Assembly: GCA_964658305.1 (NCBI GenBank)
Contig: OZ210885.1
Span: 19,716,001 to 19,780,000 of the forward strand
DNA length: 64,000 nucleotides
Source of the DNA: Leptogorgia sarmentosa
Taxonomy: Eukaryota
Direction: 5' to 3'
Part shown: in pieces, positions 50,738-62,524 of the stretch
Position numbering within the stretch: position 1 is the stretch's first letter
How the letters are laid out: each line of letters starts with the position of its first letter
Program-made: the position numbers and the translations under genes
The notes under the pieces: model-generated
Told to the model about the DNA's origin: nothing
Databases searched by the model: none
What the model saw: only the letters and a program-made list of their open reading frames with translations

Positions 50738-50763
50738 CACGTCATGCATGTGGAACATATAAA

Positions 50764-52058
50764 ATGGCTGATAAAAATGTTGCTTGGAAAAACTTCAAAA
50801 ACGCAATGGCAAACAAACATGCTGGGAAGAAATCTTCCCCAGACGCAAAAATTTTAGAAGATGAAGCAATTACAGTACAAAGATTAAGCGCGTATGTAAC
50901 TGGGAAGGCACAAAAATACACAAGAATTGGTGCCAGGGAATTTGTGCCGTATGAATTTGACGAGGTGACAATACCAAACATTCGGCGTGCGTGTTTGGAG
51001 CATTTTGATGTTGGCGAAAATATGTTTTGTGACATCTTGGCAGGTGAACAAGGACCTAGCTGCTTAACGGTAAAGCAGATACCAAGTCTTAATGTAGTGC
51101 ATGTACGATTCATTGAGGATGAAAATTCGAGTAAAGCGGGAACATCAAAGTCAAACGAATGTGCAAGGAGTAACTTCGGCAGGCCTAATTGTGTACAGGT
51201 GCGGAAAAGAAAAGCCGAGGTGTTACACTCTAGTTCTCCCCCTGTAAAGTTATCTGAGCGAAGCAGTCGAGCTAGTAGCAAATTTATCCCGAAAAGCATG
51301 TCTGCTGTCGACATGCTCAAACTCGGAAAGGAAATCAAGTCTCCACTAACAGAAATACAAGTATACCGTTTTAATTTTGGCAACATGTCATGGCCGGAAA
51401 AAACAGACAAAGTATTGTTTGAATTAAGTGAAGAACCAATCGGCACAGGGGGATTCCGTCAAGCATTCAAGGCCACCAGTAAAACAGTCGGCTACAAGCA
51501 CACCTCTTGGGTTATTAAAAAAAATTGAAAAAAACTGTTGAGGACATAACAGCTTTGGGTCAGACAGTGGAACAGCATACCAGAAAGAATGTGCAAATGC
51601 ACTGTTTGGCTCGAAATTTGGCTGCAAAATTAGAGAAAGAACTTCGAGAAACAAATAAGACAGAAGAGTTTGATGATGTATTTGCATACAACAACGTGTT
51701 TTTTGGCAAAATTGGTGAAGAATGTGTCACTGTTGAACAATTCATCTCAGGCACATTTGAAAAGCATGTGAATAACACAGGTGATGTCTGTGGAGATGCA
51801 GATAGTGATCTCTGTAAGAAAGCAGAGTGCTTTGTACATTATTCCTACATTCGATCTGAGAAGAAGTTGATGGCACTTGACATACAAGGCTGTAATTACA
51901 TTCTATGTGACCCAGAAGTGGCCAGTGAAGAGTCAAGCAAAGATGGAGAATTTCTTTTTTGCACTGGAAACCTATCAACTGAGGCTATCAAGCAATTTTG
52001 TGTAATGTACACTTGTAACAAATACTGTAAATTACTATGCTTGTCAGAGCTTTCCTAG
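50764..52058 (+). CDS. Alpha-kinase family protein (eEF2K/MHCK/TRPM-kinase-like) with an uncharacterised N-terminal domain; one frameshift at the A8 run 51517-51524
   Basis: IGTGGFRQAFKA, WVIKK, VQMHCLA, VEQFISGTFEKHVNNTG, FVHYSY..LMALDIQG, LCDPEVA and GNLSTEAIKQF..CNKYC are the alpha-kinase motifs in the correct order across ORFs 50764-51528 and 51525-52058. AATAAA at 52171. Confidence 0.9.
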
Positions 52059-52207
52059 GGAGTTTGAAACATATTTATCTACTGGCCTCTACTGACATTT
52101 TTATGACTATGATGTTACTGGTAGTCATCTGGACCATGTGATACTCTAATTAAATTTTGTTGTTTGCTTGAATAAAAAGTTCTGTTACTGGCTGATAGGA
52201 TTGACTT

Positions 52208-53862
52208 TTAGTTAACATATAAATATGCATTGACCCAGTCTTCGGGAGTAACATCATCTATATTTGGCACCCATTTCTCACATTCCCTTCGAATTGCTGG
52301 CTCCAGAAAATCATCTCCAATTTCCAGAACACCAGAATGATTTGCCACTTCTCTTAAGCTATGTTCTGTTACTGTCCACCCTAGATACATAGAGAAGTCT
52401 TCTAAGATAAGCACATGTAATACATTACATCACTTTATCCCATTTGCTAATAAAACGCACCTTGCCTCACTCCCTGTTATTTTTTGTATTTGGAACATGT
52501 TTAACATCATGATTTTTTCCTAATACCATAGAACATATAAAAAATATAACATACCACATTCCTCTAATCCATACTCTTCAGGGAATTCATAAATATGATT
52601 CGGAACGCCATTCGGTAACTGAGTATCTTTCTGCTGGCGGATTCTATGGATGTTCCATACAGTGTCTTTGAAAGAATTTAGCTCTTTTTGAAGGACTGGT
52701 ATAAGAACAAATGCAAGGATCATCCTTGAAAACAAAACAATCACATTTACATAATTGTATTCCTACTACTTACATGTACAGAGTATAAATAACTTTGCAA
52801 ACACTGACCTATCGGTCTCATTATGTGGATCGTAATGATTATTGCTTTTCAAAACAGAAAGTTGTTGTTTGAAGAATTTTTCCAGCCTTTCGTGCAAGTC
52901 TTTCCACCATCTCTCAATCTATTAAAAAATAAAAAGGTATACCAGAATTTTGATACCATGTTTTGATAACCAAACAATTACTGTCAAGTCTTTTAATTAA
53001 TATTTTTATCAAGACCCAAAGCAAGACAGTAAGAAAAAACATAAACAATCTATACCATCACCATATAGCCATTTTAAATTACTGAACATTGTCTTGTCAA
53101 GCCATAATTTCTTACTTGGTTAGATGTTGATGGTCCATATAGTACAGTGTCACTTGCATTTTCCATATCTCCATGATTATTCCGCAAGAAAGCATGCATG
53201 GTGGCCATTATTCCGGTTTCTGTTCCTTTATCCATGCGAAGATAAGAAGCCACAGTTCTGGTCTCATACAAATGTTCGAAGTACCAACGTCCAATAATCG
53301 TTGGATCTGAGTTAGTAGTCCAAATGCGCAGCCAGAGCAACTTTCTGCTACAGGTATCTAAACAGCCGTAGACAGCTAATGGGAAAGTGCTATTTTGATA
53401 GCCCATTAGCTTGTCGTGTCCGTCTACAGAGTGGACCCAGTTCGGGCCTTTCGTGGTGAAGCAACCTTTGGGTTTCTTTCTCTTAGCTCCAACAGCACGG
53501 GCTTGCAAGCCATCAGGGTCTAAATCATACATCACGGCATGAACAAGGTCTCTGGGTACGTTTAGTTCATGCTCTTGTCTTACTTTCTTGTGCATGGCCC
53601 GGTAGCCTAAAAGTTTTCCAGGGCCACTAAGTTCCTTCGAAACAGCATCTCTAACATCATCAACAGTCACATTGCTATCAACATATCTTATATCGAAGTA
53701 CCGTAGATGTCTGTCAAGAGTAGGGATGCTCCAGGCATACTGCGGAAAATCTTTACGGAGAAAATCTAACATCTCCTTTCTGTGAATTCCTTGTCTTACC
53801 AAGCTTTGCATCTTTTCTTTCAGCGAACAGTCGTTCTTCCAAGATTCATTTCTTCCCGCCAT
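52208..53862 (-). CDS. IS3EU-type DDE transposase (integrase-core fold), 4 exons, predicted 399 aa, apparently intact
   Basis: Exons 53862-53116, 52918-52809, 52724-52555 and 52380-52208 have GT-AG introns and join in frame (1200 nt). Motifs LGYRAM, VDGHDKL (D), GCLDTCSR, LRMDKGTE (D), NQIERWW (E), WNIHRIR. Confidence 0.9.
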
Positions 53863-53950
53863 TGTAAATTTACAACACAATTATCTAATACTTGGTGTAA
53901 GCAACCTATAATAGGCTGTCTATATTTCTTTCACGCATACGTCGGGTATA

Positions 53951-54344
53951 CTGATACATCATAGATAGCTTACACCAAGTACAGCCCAAACCTTAACGAT
54001 TGATTTACTGCGGGCGTAAATACCTTAGCAATGCCTGATGGGATACTATGATAGCGCTAGGCCGATAAAAAAATGTTTTCGTTTGATTTTAAATTTGATT
54101 TGATTTTGAATGGTACTTTTATTTGAGACAATAATTGATTTTAGTTTTAACATCAAAATGATTTTACTTTTAATAACGATGGTGTCTCGATTTAAATACG
54201 ATTTTACTTTATAGTGTACTTTTATTTTACTTGTAGTTTAATTCGAATTTTAATTTGCATTCAATTTTGACTTTGTAATGATAATCATTTAAAAAAACAT
54301 TCCAATAAATGACAAAAAACGAATGATAGCGATCGGCCACCATA
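53951..54344 (-). repeat. Right TIR (394 bp)
   Basis: Reverse complement of 50353-50737. Confidence 0.96.
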
Positions 54345-54405
54345 AAGGTCAATGTGAGTGGATGAGATCTCTTTCTATGGCTTCAGTATAACCACTGTGA
54401 AGTTG

Positions 54406-54463
54406 TCACAACATTCATCACAACATTCATCACGACATTCGTCACAACATTCATCGCACATTC
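54406..54463. repeat. 12-bp minisatellite (CACAACATTCAT-like, about 4.5 copies)
   Basis: Directly visible tandem units. Confidence 0.8.
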
Positions 54464-55393
54464 GTAAGCAGATTAAATCTGCTGATAAAGACCACATGTT
54501 GCGCGCTTACTATTTACCATCATTTAAAAGTTTTAACAGTTAAAGTGTACTATTTCTTGAGCAGATTTAACAAATTCTTCATGTTCTAACCTGCCTTAAA
54601 TTCCCAAAATAGTTTCGAGAAGGTTTAGGTAATAATGACTACGAAACCTTTCGGATTCAAAGTCTCTTCTTGTTTGATATATACAATTAGTAGTTTACAC
54701 CTTATATGCTACAGGCCCGACATTTAGTTTCAGTATACTGTGAAACCCTAAACTACAGTGGCATATGTGACTAAACAATGATTGCATATATTAGTGTATG
54801 TATGGTGGTGTTACAATATTCCCTGTATTTAGTTTCTTCATATTGTCCTTCAGCTGTGCATTGTTCATGTGAGGTGTTTCAAATTGGGTTGGAATCTTGA
54901 TTTTCAGGTTGCCAGTGTGTGGAGACTCTGATTGTGTGGTACCTCTAACGTGCCAGTGTCTTCTGTTTTCCGTATTGGTTTTATTTGTCTTGTTTAGGAG
55001 GTGGGATGGGTTGGGTTGTCTCGGTGGTGTCAGGGTGGTGAGTGGGTCTTGGAGGGGATGTATAGATTGTGGGTTGGTGTTGAAATGGGTTTCCAGATGG
55101 TGGATTCAGTGGGAGTTTTGTGGCAGTGGTTTAATTAGGTGTTGGCAGTTGAGGTGGTGGGTTGGTGTTGGTGGTGTCCGAGTTGTTATTATATTGTATA
55201 GCGAATATGGGGCTGTTGTTAGTCTTGGAGCACTTGGTGTTGTTGAGCAGTTTGCTTTGTGTTTTGTATGTTAGTGCTTTGTTAAATTGAGTTATTATAT
55301 TATTTTGTGTATATCCTCTATGTACGAGTGCGACAAGGAGATGGTTAAGTCTATTGTGTAGTTTGTCATTGTCTGTTATGATACGTCTGTATA

Positions 55394-57854
55394 TTATTGC
55401 GTTCTTACAGGGTTGGGGATGGAAGGAGTTTTGTGGTGTAGTAGGAGTGTTCTGTCAGTGGGTTTAATGTAAAGGTCTGATTCAAGTTTGTTATTGGGGT
55501 TGATGTAAATGGTTGTGTCCAGGAAGTTAACTGATTTGTGTGAGTATGTGTAATCAAATTTAATGGTCGGGTGGAATTGGTTGATGTATGTCAGGAATAG
55601 TTGGAGTTTTTCAGTGTCATGTGTCCAAATTGCAAATATGTCATCTATAAATCTTATCCACTCAATTGGTACAAGATTATTAGGTGCCTTTTTAAGTAGC
55701 TCCCTTTCTAGTATAGCCATGAATATATTAGCATATGTGGGTGCCATGGGAGATCCCATGACAGTGCCGTGAATTTGCAAAAAGTGCTCATTATTGAATG
55801 TAAAGGTGTTTTTGTTTAGTACAGTTGATAAGATCTCCTTCACGGATTGTTTTAATTCAGGAGTTATTGTGTGATGTTCTTCCAACATATCTATGCAGGC
55901 CTGAATGCCCTCATCATTAGGTATGTTGGTGTACAGGCTTCTAACATCAATTGTGATAAGTATGATGTTTTTTGGTAGATTTTGGTTTAGAGTGAAGATT
56001 CTGCAGAGAAAGTCTGTTGTGTCTTGTACATATGATGGAATGTTTTTGAGGATCGGTTTGAGGAGGTGGTCAGCATATTGAGATAGCTTGACTGTTGGCC
56101 CTCCACAACCTGAAATGATTGGTCGTCCTGGAATATCTGGTTTGTGGATTTTTGGTAAGAGGTATAGGTGTGGTGTTCTTCAATTGAGTCTGTTCTGAGA
56201 AATTTGTGTGTTGTGTTGTCTATAATGTTAGATTTGTGTAACTTGTTGGCAAGTTTTTTTGTTTCTGCTAGTATTTCAAGGGTTGGGTCATGTGGAATTT
56301 TATGATAATGATTTGAGTTGTTTAATTGTCTGTATGATCATCTAATAACCCTAACCCTTGCCCTTCTCTTTTTTTTTATTTTTATCAGCCAGATAAGAGT
56401 CTTTTGGCCAGATTATAATGGCCCCTCCTTTCTCTGCTGGTTTGACTATGAAGTCATTATCTTTCCTAAGATTGTATATGGAGTCTAGTTCCTGTTTCGA
56501 TAGGTTTGGTGGTTGGGATTTATGCTGTATATTGTGTGAAGTCTTGATGTCATGATAAACATTGGATATGTATTCCTGTAGGTTACTGTTATCTGGTGTT
56601 GGAGCGCTAGTAAATTTTGTTGGTAGTTTGAAGGGGTATTTGATTGTTTTTTCTGAATGTCTGAAATAGTATTTGTTGTACATGTTCTTTCTGTATGTTA
56701 GGAATGAGGTCTAGACTTGTTCATAGGGTGTGGGTTTGGGTGATGGGATGTAGTTAAGTCCTTTGGTGAAAGTGCTTATGGTGGATGTGGGTAGGTTTTT
56801 GTTGGACAGATTAATGACAGTGTTACTTAGTATATTTTGTTTTTCGTTGAGGTGTCAGTTGTTGTTGTTGTGTCGGTCATATTTCGAAAATTTTAGAATG
56901 GTGGTTTTGTTGCATGTGTTGAGGTGAGTGTTAGTGGGGGGTTGTGTTATTTGTGTTGTGATAAAATTTTGTATTTGTGAATGTATGTTTTGCATGATGT
57001 CTGTCGGGATGTTTGTGTTGGGCTTATTGGTTAGTGGTGTGGGTGTCATGTCTTGTTGTTGTGGGCCGTGTTTCTGTGTTGGTATGGGGTGGATTGACGA
57101 TGTTGGATATTGTGTGCAGTGACATGGGATGGGTGGGATGCGTAGTTGCGGTGTTTGTGTTGACGTGTGTGGGCGTTGAGTGGTGTGGTAAGGGGTTCGA
57201 ATTTGCATGAGTGGTGTGAATGTGGAGTGTTGTGTGTGGTCTGCTGTTGTGTTGGTCCTGCGTTTTTTGTTGTAGTTAGCAGATTGGGGAGTGTGTGTGG
57301 GGATTCGTTGGGGTGTGTTTGTGTGTGGAGGTGTATTTATATGTGCATGTTTCTGTGTGATTTGGGGTTGGGTGATGGGTGTTTGTCTAGGGGGTGGAGT
57401 GTGTGATGTTGTGTGGGTCTGTGCTGGTGTTTTTGTAGGTTGCTTGGTGCGTTTCAGTCCGTTTATTGTTTGTACTGTTGTGTTTGGTGGTGATGTTGTT
57501 CTTGGTGGTGTTATTTTATCTTGTTGTATATTTTGAGCAAAGTATATCTGTTTTGTCAAGAATCTTCTGTGCTGTGGTCTCGTTGCATTTAATTTTAAGC
57601 TAGTCTGTCCTGTGTTTTAGTTTGTATTTTGTGTCTTGAATCATGTGTTGGTGGTAGTCAATAGTGATGTCTAGTAGAGCGTGGGAGGCATCTGTCAGAG
57701 TGCTCTCCCAGCATTCTCCAAATTGTTTAGGTAGGTAGAAGGTGCATTTGTGGTTGATTTTCAGACCTGGTGGTAGTGTGTTTGTATTTTTGTGCTCTGT
57801 GAGTTGATCTAATTTAGTTTCAAGTTTGTGGAGTTTAAGTTTAAGTGTGTGCAA
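55394..57854 (-). pseudogene. Penelope-like RT polyprotein, frameshifted, with a long T/P/Q/H-rich N-terminal region
   Basis: VINLS, NLSKQEL, VKPAEKGGAIII, LPKIHK, RPIISGC, DVRSLYTNIP, QIHGTVMGSPMAPTYANIFM, WIRFIDDIF, VNFLDTTI, LYIKPTD. Confidence 0.92.
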
Positions 57855-57859
57855 TTTCT

Positions 57860-57996
57860 ACAAAACTGTTTACCCGTGCCACACTCACCTTTTTAGATCT
57901 TGTAAGCCCAAGGGTATTTAAAACTTGGGGTGGAGTGGTACCAGCTGACAAAATCAGTCTTCTCAAAGAAATGTATGGTCCCCTATTTGATGTGCC
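57860..57996 (+). pseudogene. Probable middle fragment of the hAT transposase begun at 48390
   Basis: FLDLVSPRVFKTW..PADKISLLKEMYGPLFD lies on the same strand and between the N- and C-terminal hAT fragments. Confidence 0.5.
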
Positions 57997-58154
57997 GCTT
58001 TCCAGTCAAAACGTCCCCAAGCCAAAACGTCCCCAAGTCAAAACGTCCCCAACCCTAGGGTCAAAACGTCCCCCGCTTATAACTTTAACGAGATGTGTTT
58101 CAAAACATATCAAAGTTCAATAACTTCAGTAACATCTTTAAAATCGTGACCTAA

Positions 58155-58275
58155 AACCTACTCTGGATTAGGAAACAACTGTCTCTAAAATGTCTCAATT
58201 GCAAATGTCTGTATTTGATTAATACAAATGTTGAGATATTTTAGAGACAGTTGTTCCCTTCATCCAGTGTAGGTA
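58155..58275. repeat. Small imperfect inverted repeat inside the MULE
   Basis: CCTAC.CTGGAT..G.AACAACTGTCTCTAAAAT.TCTCAA pairs with TTGAGATATTTTAGAGACAGTTGTT...ATCCAGTGTAGG. Confidence 0.7.
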
Positions 58276-58489
58276 TTAATACTTTGTTTTTTTCCAACCG
58301 ATCAACCAATTCCTTTATTGATAATATAAGACTAATCATAATACTGCATTAGAGGAAAATTCAAGAACATGTATTTTTTATATGCATATTTTATGTATTC
58401 AAGATTATTTACAGTTATGATTATTTACAGTTATTACAGTTAAGATTATTTACAGTTATTATTACAGTTAAGATTATTTACAGTTATTT

Positions 58490-61021
58490 TTATTCCGCAT
58501 TTCCCCAAACAAGATGTGCACACCTGGATAACAGTTCCTTTGCTGACAGTTCTCCAGCAATATATTCGGACCAATTTCTAAGGAGCTTTCCTTGCACTTG
58601 TCTGTACTGCTTTCGTTGTCTTCTTTTTATCTTCTCATCTGATACCAAACGAACTTGCATCTCAACAACTTGTGTTTGTTCGTGGAGGAGCCGCACCATC
58701 AAGTAAAATGAAAGATTTCCACGTTTAGCATGCCTATTGAGCATGCCGTGCCAACCCTCGACATCGTTGTTTGTTCTGACAACTTGGCCAAAGACACTCC
58801 ATGCTTCAGGATTCCAAAGATCTCCTTAAAAAGAAACAAAAAGTATTTATATTAATAATGTTTAAAATTAAAGGATCCAATGACCATGATGGATTGATTA
58901 ATAAACCAACCACCATAACAATCAAAACTTAATTTTATAGACAATCAACTACCTTGAATCCAGTTAACCCGAATATATGTGGCCAGGTCCATTAACTTTG
59001 GAGTAGTAGCTTTCCTGGCTAGTTTTTCAAACATGGCTGGTATATGCTCTTTTGGCAAATATGGAAGAGCCAAAAACTTCCTGCACAGCTTATGAGTGCT
59101 ATTGTCATTCTTGTATGCAGGGGCTAGACCAATATCTTGGATTTTTCTCCAAATGCATTGTGCCCAATGAAACGAGCACCCTTGGATCAGGACACCTGGA
59201 AATACAAATGGAATAGCCCTCCACAGGGCTTGCTCGAAGTCGAGAACAAACTTCTCAAGCTTTCTTCCTTCTGTTAGACGTTTGATGGCTTTAAGGACTT
59301 TCCGGTAATCTCTCTTGCGCTTTCCAGACATTAGAACAAACGCCAGTGGAACCTGCTTGGTACAGTCTCCACTTCGAACAAATGAGTGGATGCTGAACAG
59401 TTGCGCAAAAGGAGCTTTAACGACTTTAAATGTTCCATCGACATACCAAGTCTTCGATCTTTTAAGCAGACACAACATCTTCTCAGTCGCAAACACAAGA
59501 TGTCGCCGTCCACCTACCCTTAGATCTGACTGCAGGAAACCTGTTGGCAAATGGTCTTCGCTTATCTCGAAATCCAGTTCCAATGGTTCGGCTGGTCGTT
59601 TTTTCTGTCGGTGACGATTTGCAGCCCTTGCAAGATATTCAGGGTTCTTCAGTGCAGGTAATGGCTCAGTTGAATTTGCTATGCCTTCTTCTAGCATTAC
59701 CTGCAAATGAGTTCAAGAAAGCAGTGCATCAGTATGATTTATTACAAGCTCAAGGTTACTTACAACACTGCTACCAATATAATATATGTTTTGAATGTAT
59801 AGATACCTTATTGACAATTTCGGCTGCTGATGTGAAAATTTCAGTAGCTGCGATTTTTTTCACAGCTGTTGAAACTCTTGTTGCTGTTGCTGCTCCCAGT
59901 TGTGGTGGATGCATATGACGCTGTGATCCCCGTGCAAACCCATCCGCCTTCTGTGTTACTCGAGCTTTGCACCACAGTGATTTATTTCGAACACTGCATG
60001 TCCAAACTGTATTTCCATTAGCCCTCCGTTCCTTGACTGTGTAAGTGTAGCCTTCACTGTCTGCCAGTTTTTCTTTCCCTTTCTGAGATCCTTCTTTTAT
60101 TACTTCATATGTTGTGACCTTCGGCATTGCTATGTCATCATTTTGCACCGGAGTATCATCCTCGATTGAGGACTCTGACAACTGTCGCGGAACTTCAAAA
60201 CTAATATGGATGTCATCATTACTGGGTTCGACCTCCATTGGTGCAACTGGCGAGCTGGGGATATCTGGAAATAGAAGTGGAGAAACGTCATGAGGGGAAC
60301 GATCTATAACGGAGCTAAGTACTCTACCAAATCCTAGCAATTGCTTAGCATATTATATTCGCCCTTGACCTGTTTTGAAGCATATAAGGTGGAGACTGGA
60401 GACTTTAATACAACCTTGAAAATCCAGGTTTTTCAACTGTGAGGGTTTACTAAATAACTAGCATTTATTAAAATAAAGATAACTGTTATGTTAACCTGGC
60501 TTACTCTCATTACCTTCTCTTTCATTCGCCATCTCAAGCAGTATGTCGACTAACTCTTCTGCGATTGACTGATCACTCGGCTGATCATTGGCTGATAAAG
60601 TCTCCAAGTGGTCGCCTAGAAAGCATTACAGAGTATTAGACATCAGAACAAGGATATTTGATATTTGAAAATACTATGTGATATTTGTAGATAATGAGTT
60701 GATATCTGAAGATAGTCTAACACGATTAGCAGAAATGGTCTAATACGATTGTAAAGCACTGTGGAATGAAATATACTCACCTATTTGGGTTACACGCGTA
60801 CTTTCAGCGACAGGTAGGAGGAATCCAGCACTCATGTTTTTGCAATCCTCACATCGCCAGTCTACATCACAGCCACATTTCACTGATGTGCGATATTCGT
60901 CCCGGGTTATCCCGCTATCACACTTTCGGTGCTGCCATCTGTCGCATCCATTGCACGGCAAACCTTCCTGCCGGGCTCTAACAGGTTCCTTGCATCGAAT
61001 GCATATATCTTGTGTAGACAT
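58490..61021 (-). CDS. PHD-FLYWCH-MULE transposase, 5 exons, predicted 650 aa, apparently intact
   Basis: Exons 61021-60781, 60615-60514, 60333-59807, 59700-58953 and 58824-58490 have GT-AG introns and join in frame (1953 nt). PHD CIRC/CNGC/HRKC/CEDC; WTCSVR..C..HMH; YVDGTF, LDFE, GCSFHWAQC, RTNNDVEGWH. Confidence 0.88.
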
Positions 61022-62524
61022 GATAGAACGGTCGTAATCCAAACTTTATTTTTTTTTCAGCTTTCTTCTATTGCAGCGTGTTCCAGCAGTGAGTGAATAA
61101 GTGTGTATACCGAGTTTTTTCACGCATTTTATACGCTTATGGCAAGCTATTTAGCATTTAATGGTGCGTAGGAAGAATGTGTTTTTATTTTGGTGCGTGT
61201 TCAACAGACAATAGTCTTTTGAATTTGTTTCTTGTTAATAGGAAGTCAAAATTCAAATATAGCAACACTGATAGGTCATTGAAATTTTTTTGAGGTGAAT
61301 CACTGTTGTGAATTGGGAAAACATATCACCGGAACAAATAGTTAGGGAAAAAATTGCAGCAGAAGATTGATCGATGCGGAAAAATTGCACTAATGAAAAT
61401 CGATTAGTGAGAGTCTTGTCAAAAACATGTATTCAAAATTACCACAATCTTAAAAGAATAAATCCGACTTTATTTACTTTATTTATTCGTATATAGTAAC
61501 TGTTACCTAGAAGTATAGCTCTTTGCGTATATAGAAGCTCCAAAGCAAAGCTTCATACCATCCTTATATTACTCGCAATTATTTGCATTCTCGCAAGTTG
61601 TGTGTTCTTACATGTTTATGTTAGTTATATTATAATAATATCCGTAATAACATATAAAAACAATCGCTTGCAAATTTTATCAATAGCAATGTTAACAATA
61701 GCCACCACAGTAATCACTTCATTCACCTGTTAACAATAAACTATAGGATTAGTAAAAAATCTATGGAATGTGTTGGGAAGCGCATTGAGTCATCAATTTC
61801 CTGTCAGTGATGTAATCTTGATTCTTGCCTTCCGAAAAAAAAATGCATGATATACATGTGATAACTGATGTGGTTTATTAAAACAGTTTCATGATACTCT
61901 GATATTATATATTTGATAAAATATATCGCAGACAAAAAACGAACTTTGGATTATGGCACACTACCGCCATCTTATTCTGCTGTAAGAAGCGAAAGTCAAA
62001 TGAGGTCATAAGATAGACGAACCATTCATATATCGCAACCGTTGATGCAACAAGGTTGTCAAATTAGCAGGCAATGTTTTTCTATGTTTACAGTTTCCTA
62101 GGTAACGAATCATGAAACGCTAACTTTAGCGTTCTTAAGCATTATTGATTTAAAAAGCAAGAGCTTCTCTTGTTTTTTATAAAGTTTTATTTAAGACAAA
62201 ATATTTGCATACATGTGCGTTCCCGCCAATTACACGCAAGTCTGCCTATCTTATTTCATATGCAATTCTTTGGCTACTCCGCGACACGTGCCAATCCACA
62301 TGACTATAATTGTTAAATATATTATATAATTTAAAGTTTCTTATACCACTGCAGTGGCACTCATCAGATATATTCTTTCTGTAAATTGGTTGTTTTCTAG
62401 TTTATTGATTAAATGGGGACGTTTTGACCAGGGCAATTGGCGACGTTTTGACCTGTACATGTGGGGACGTTTTGACCAGTGTAAGTGGGAACGTTTTGAC
62501 TTGGGGACGTTTTGACCGGACACC

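Larger units (their letters stand above)
50353..54344. mobile_element. Complete IS3EU-type DNA transposon carrying an alpha-kinase gene; 6-bp TSD AAGGTC
   Basis: TSD at 50347-50352 and 54345-54350. Termini TATGGTGGCCGAT / ATCGGCCACCATA. TIRs at 50353-50737 and 53951-54344 are nearly identical. Two convergent genes inside. Confidence 0.93.
48903..57845 (-). mobile_element. Penelope-like retroelement, decayed, interrupted by the IS3EU element; boundaries approximate
   Basis: Penelope-type RT motifs at about 55394-56830. The same strong G/T plus-strand skew occurs at about 49000-50200 and 54800-57845. A hammerhead ribozyme lies in the 3' part, on the same strand. Confidence 0.75.
57997..62524 (-). 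mobile_element. MULE DNA transposon with terminal arrays of CAAAACGTCCCC
   Basis: Four (T/C)CAAAACGTCCCC units at 58005-58073 are mirrored by GGGGACGTTTTGAC-type units at 62414-62517. It encloses a spliced transposase. No TSD recognised. Confidence 0.9.

Noticed and set aside
50764..52058. Host eEF2K/TRPM7/ALPK gene
   Set aside because: It is intronless, lacks the other domains of those proteins, and lies inside TIRs with a TSD; no gene symbol assigned.
56855..57559. Mucin-like host protein and the Cys/Val/Gly-rich antisense ORFs
   Set aside because: These are compositional by-products of the strand-skewed Penelope-like element.
62325..62372. Second hammerhead-like motif (CTGATGA...GAAA on the minus strand)
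   Set aside because: There are extra bases between stem II and GAAA, and no convincing stem I or III.
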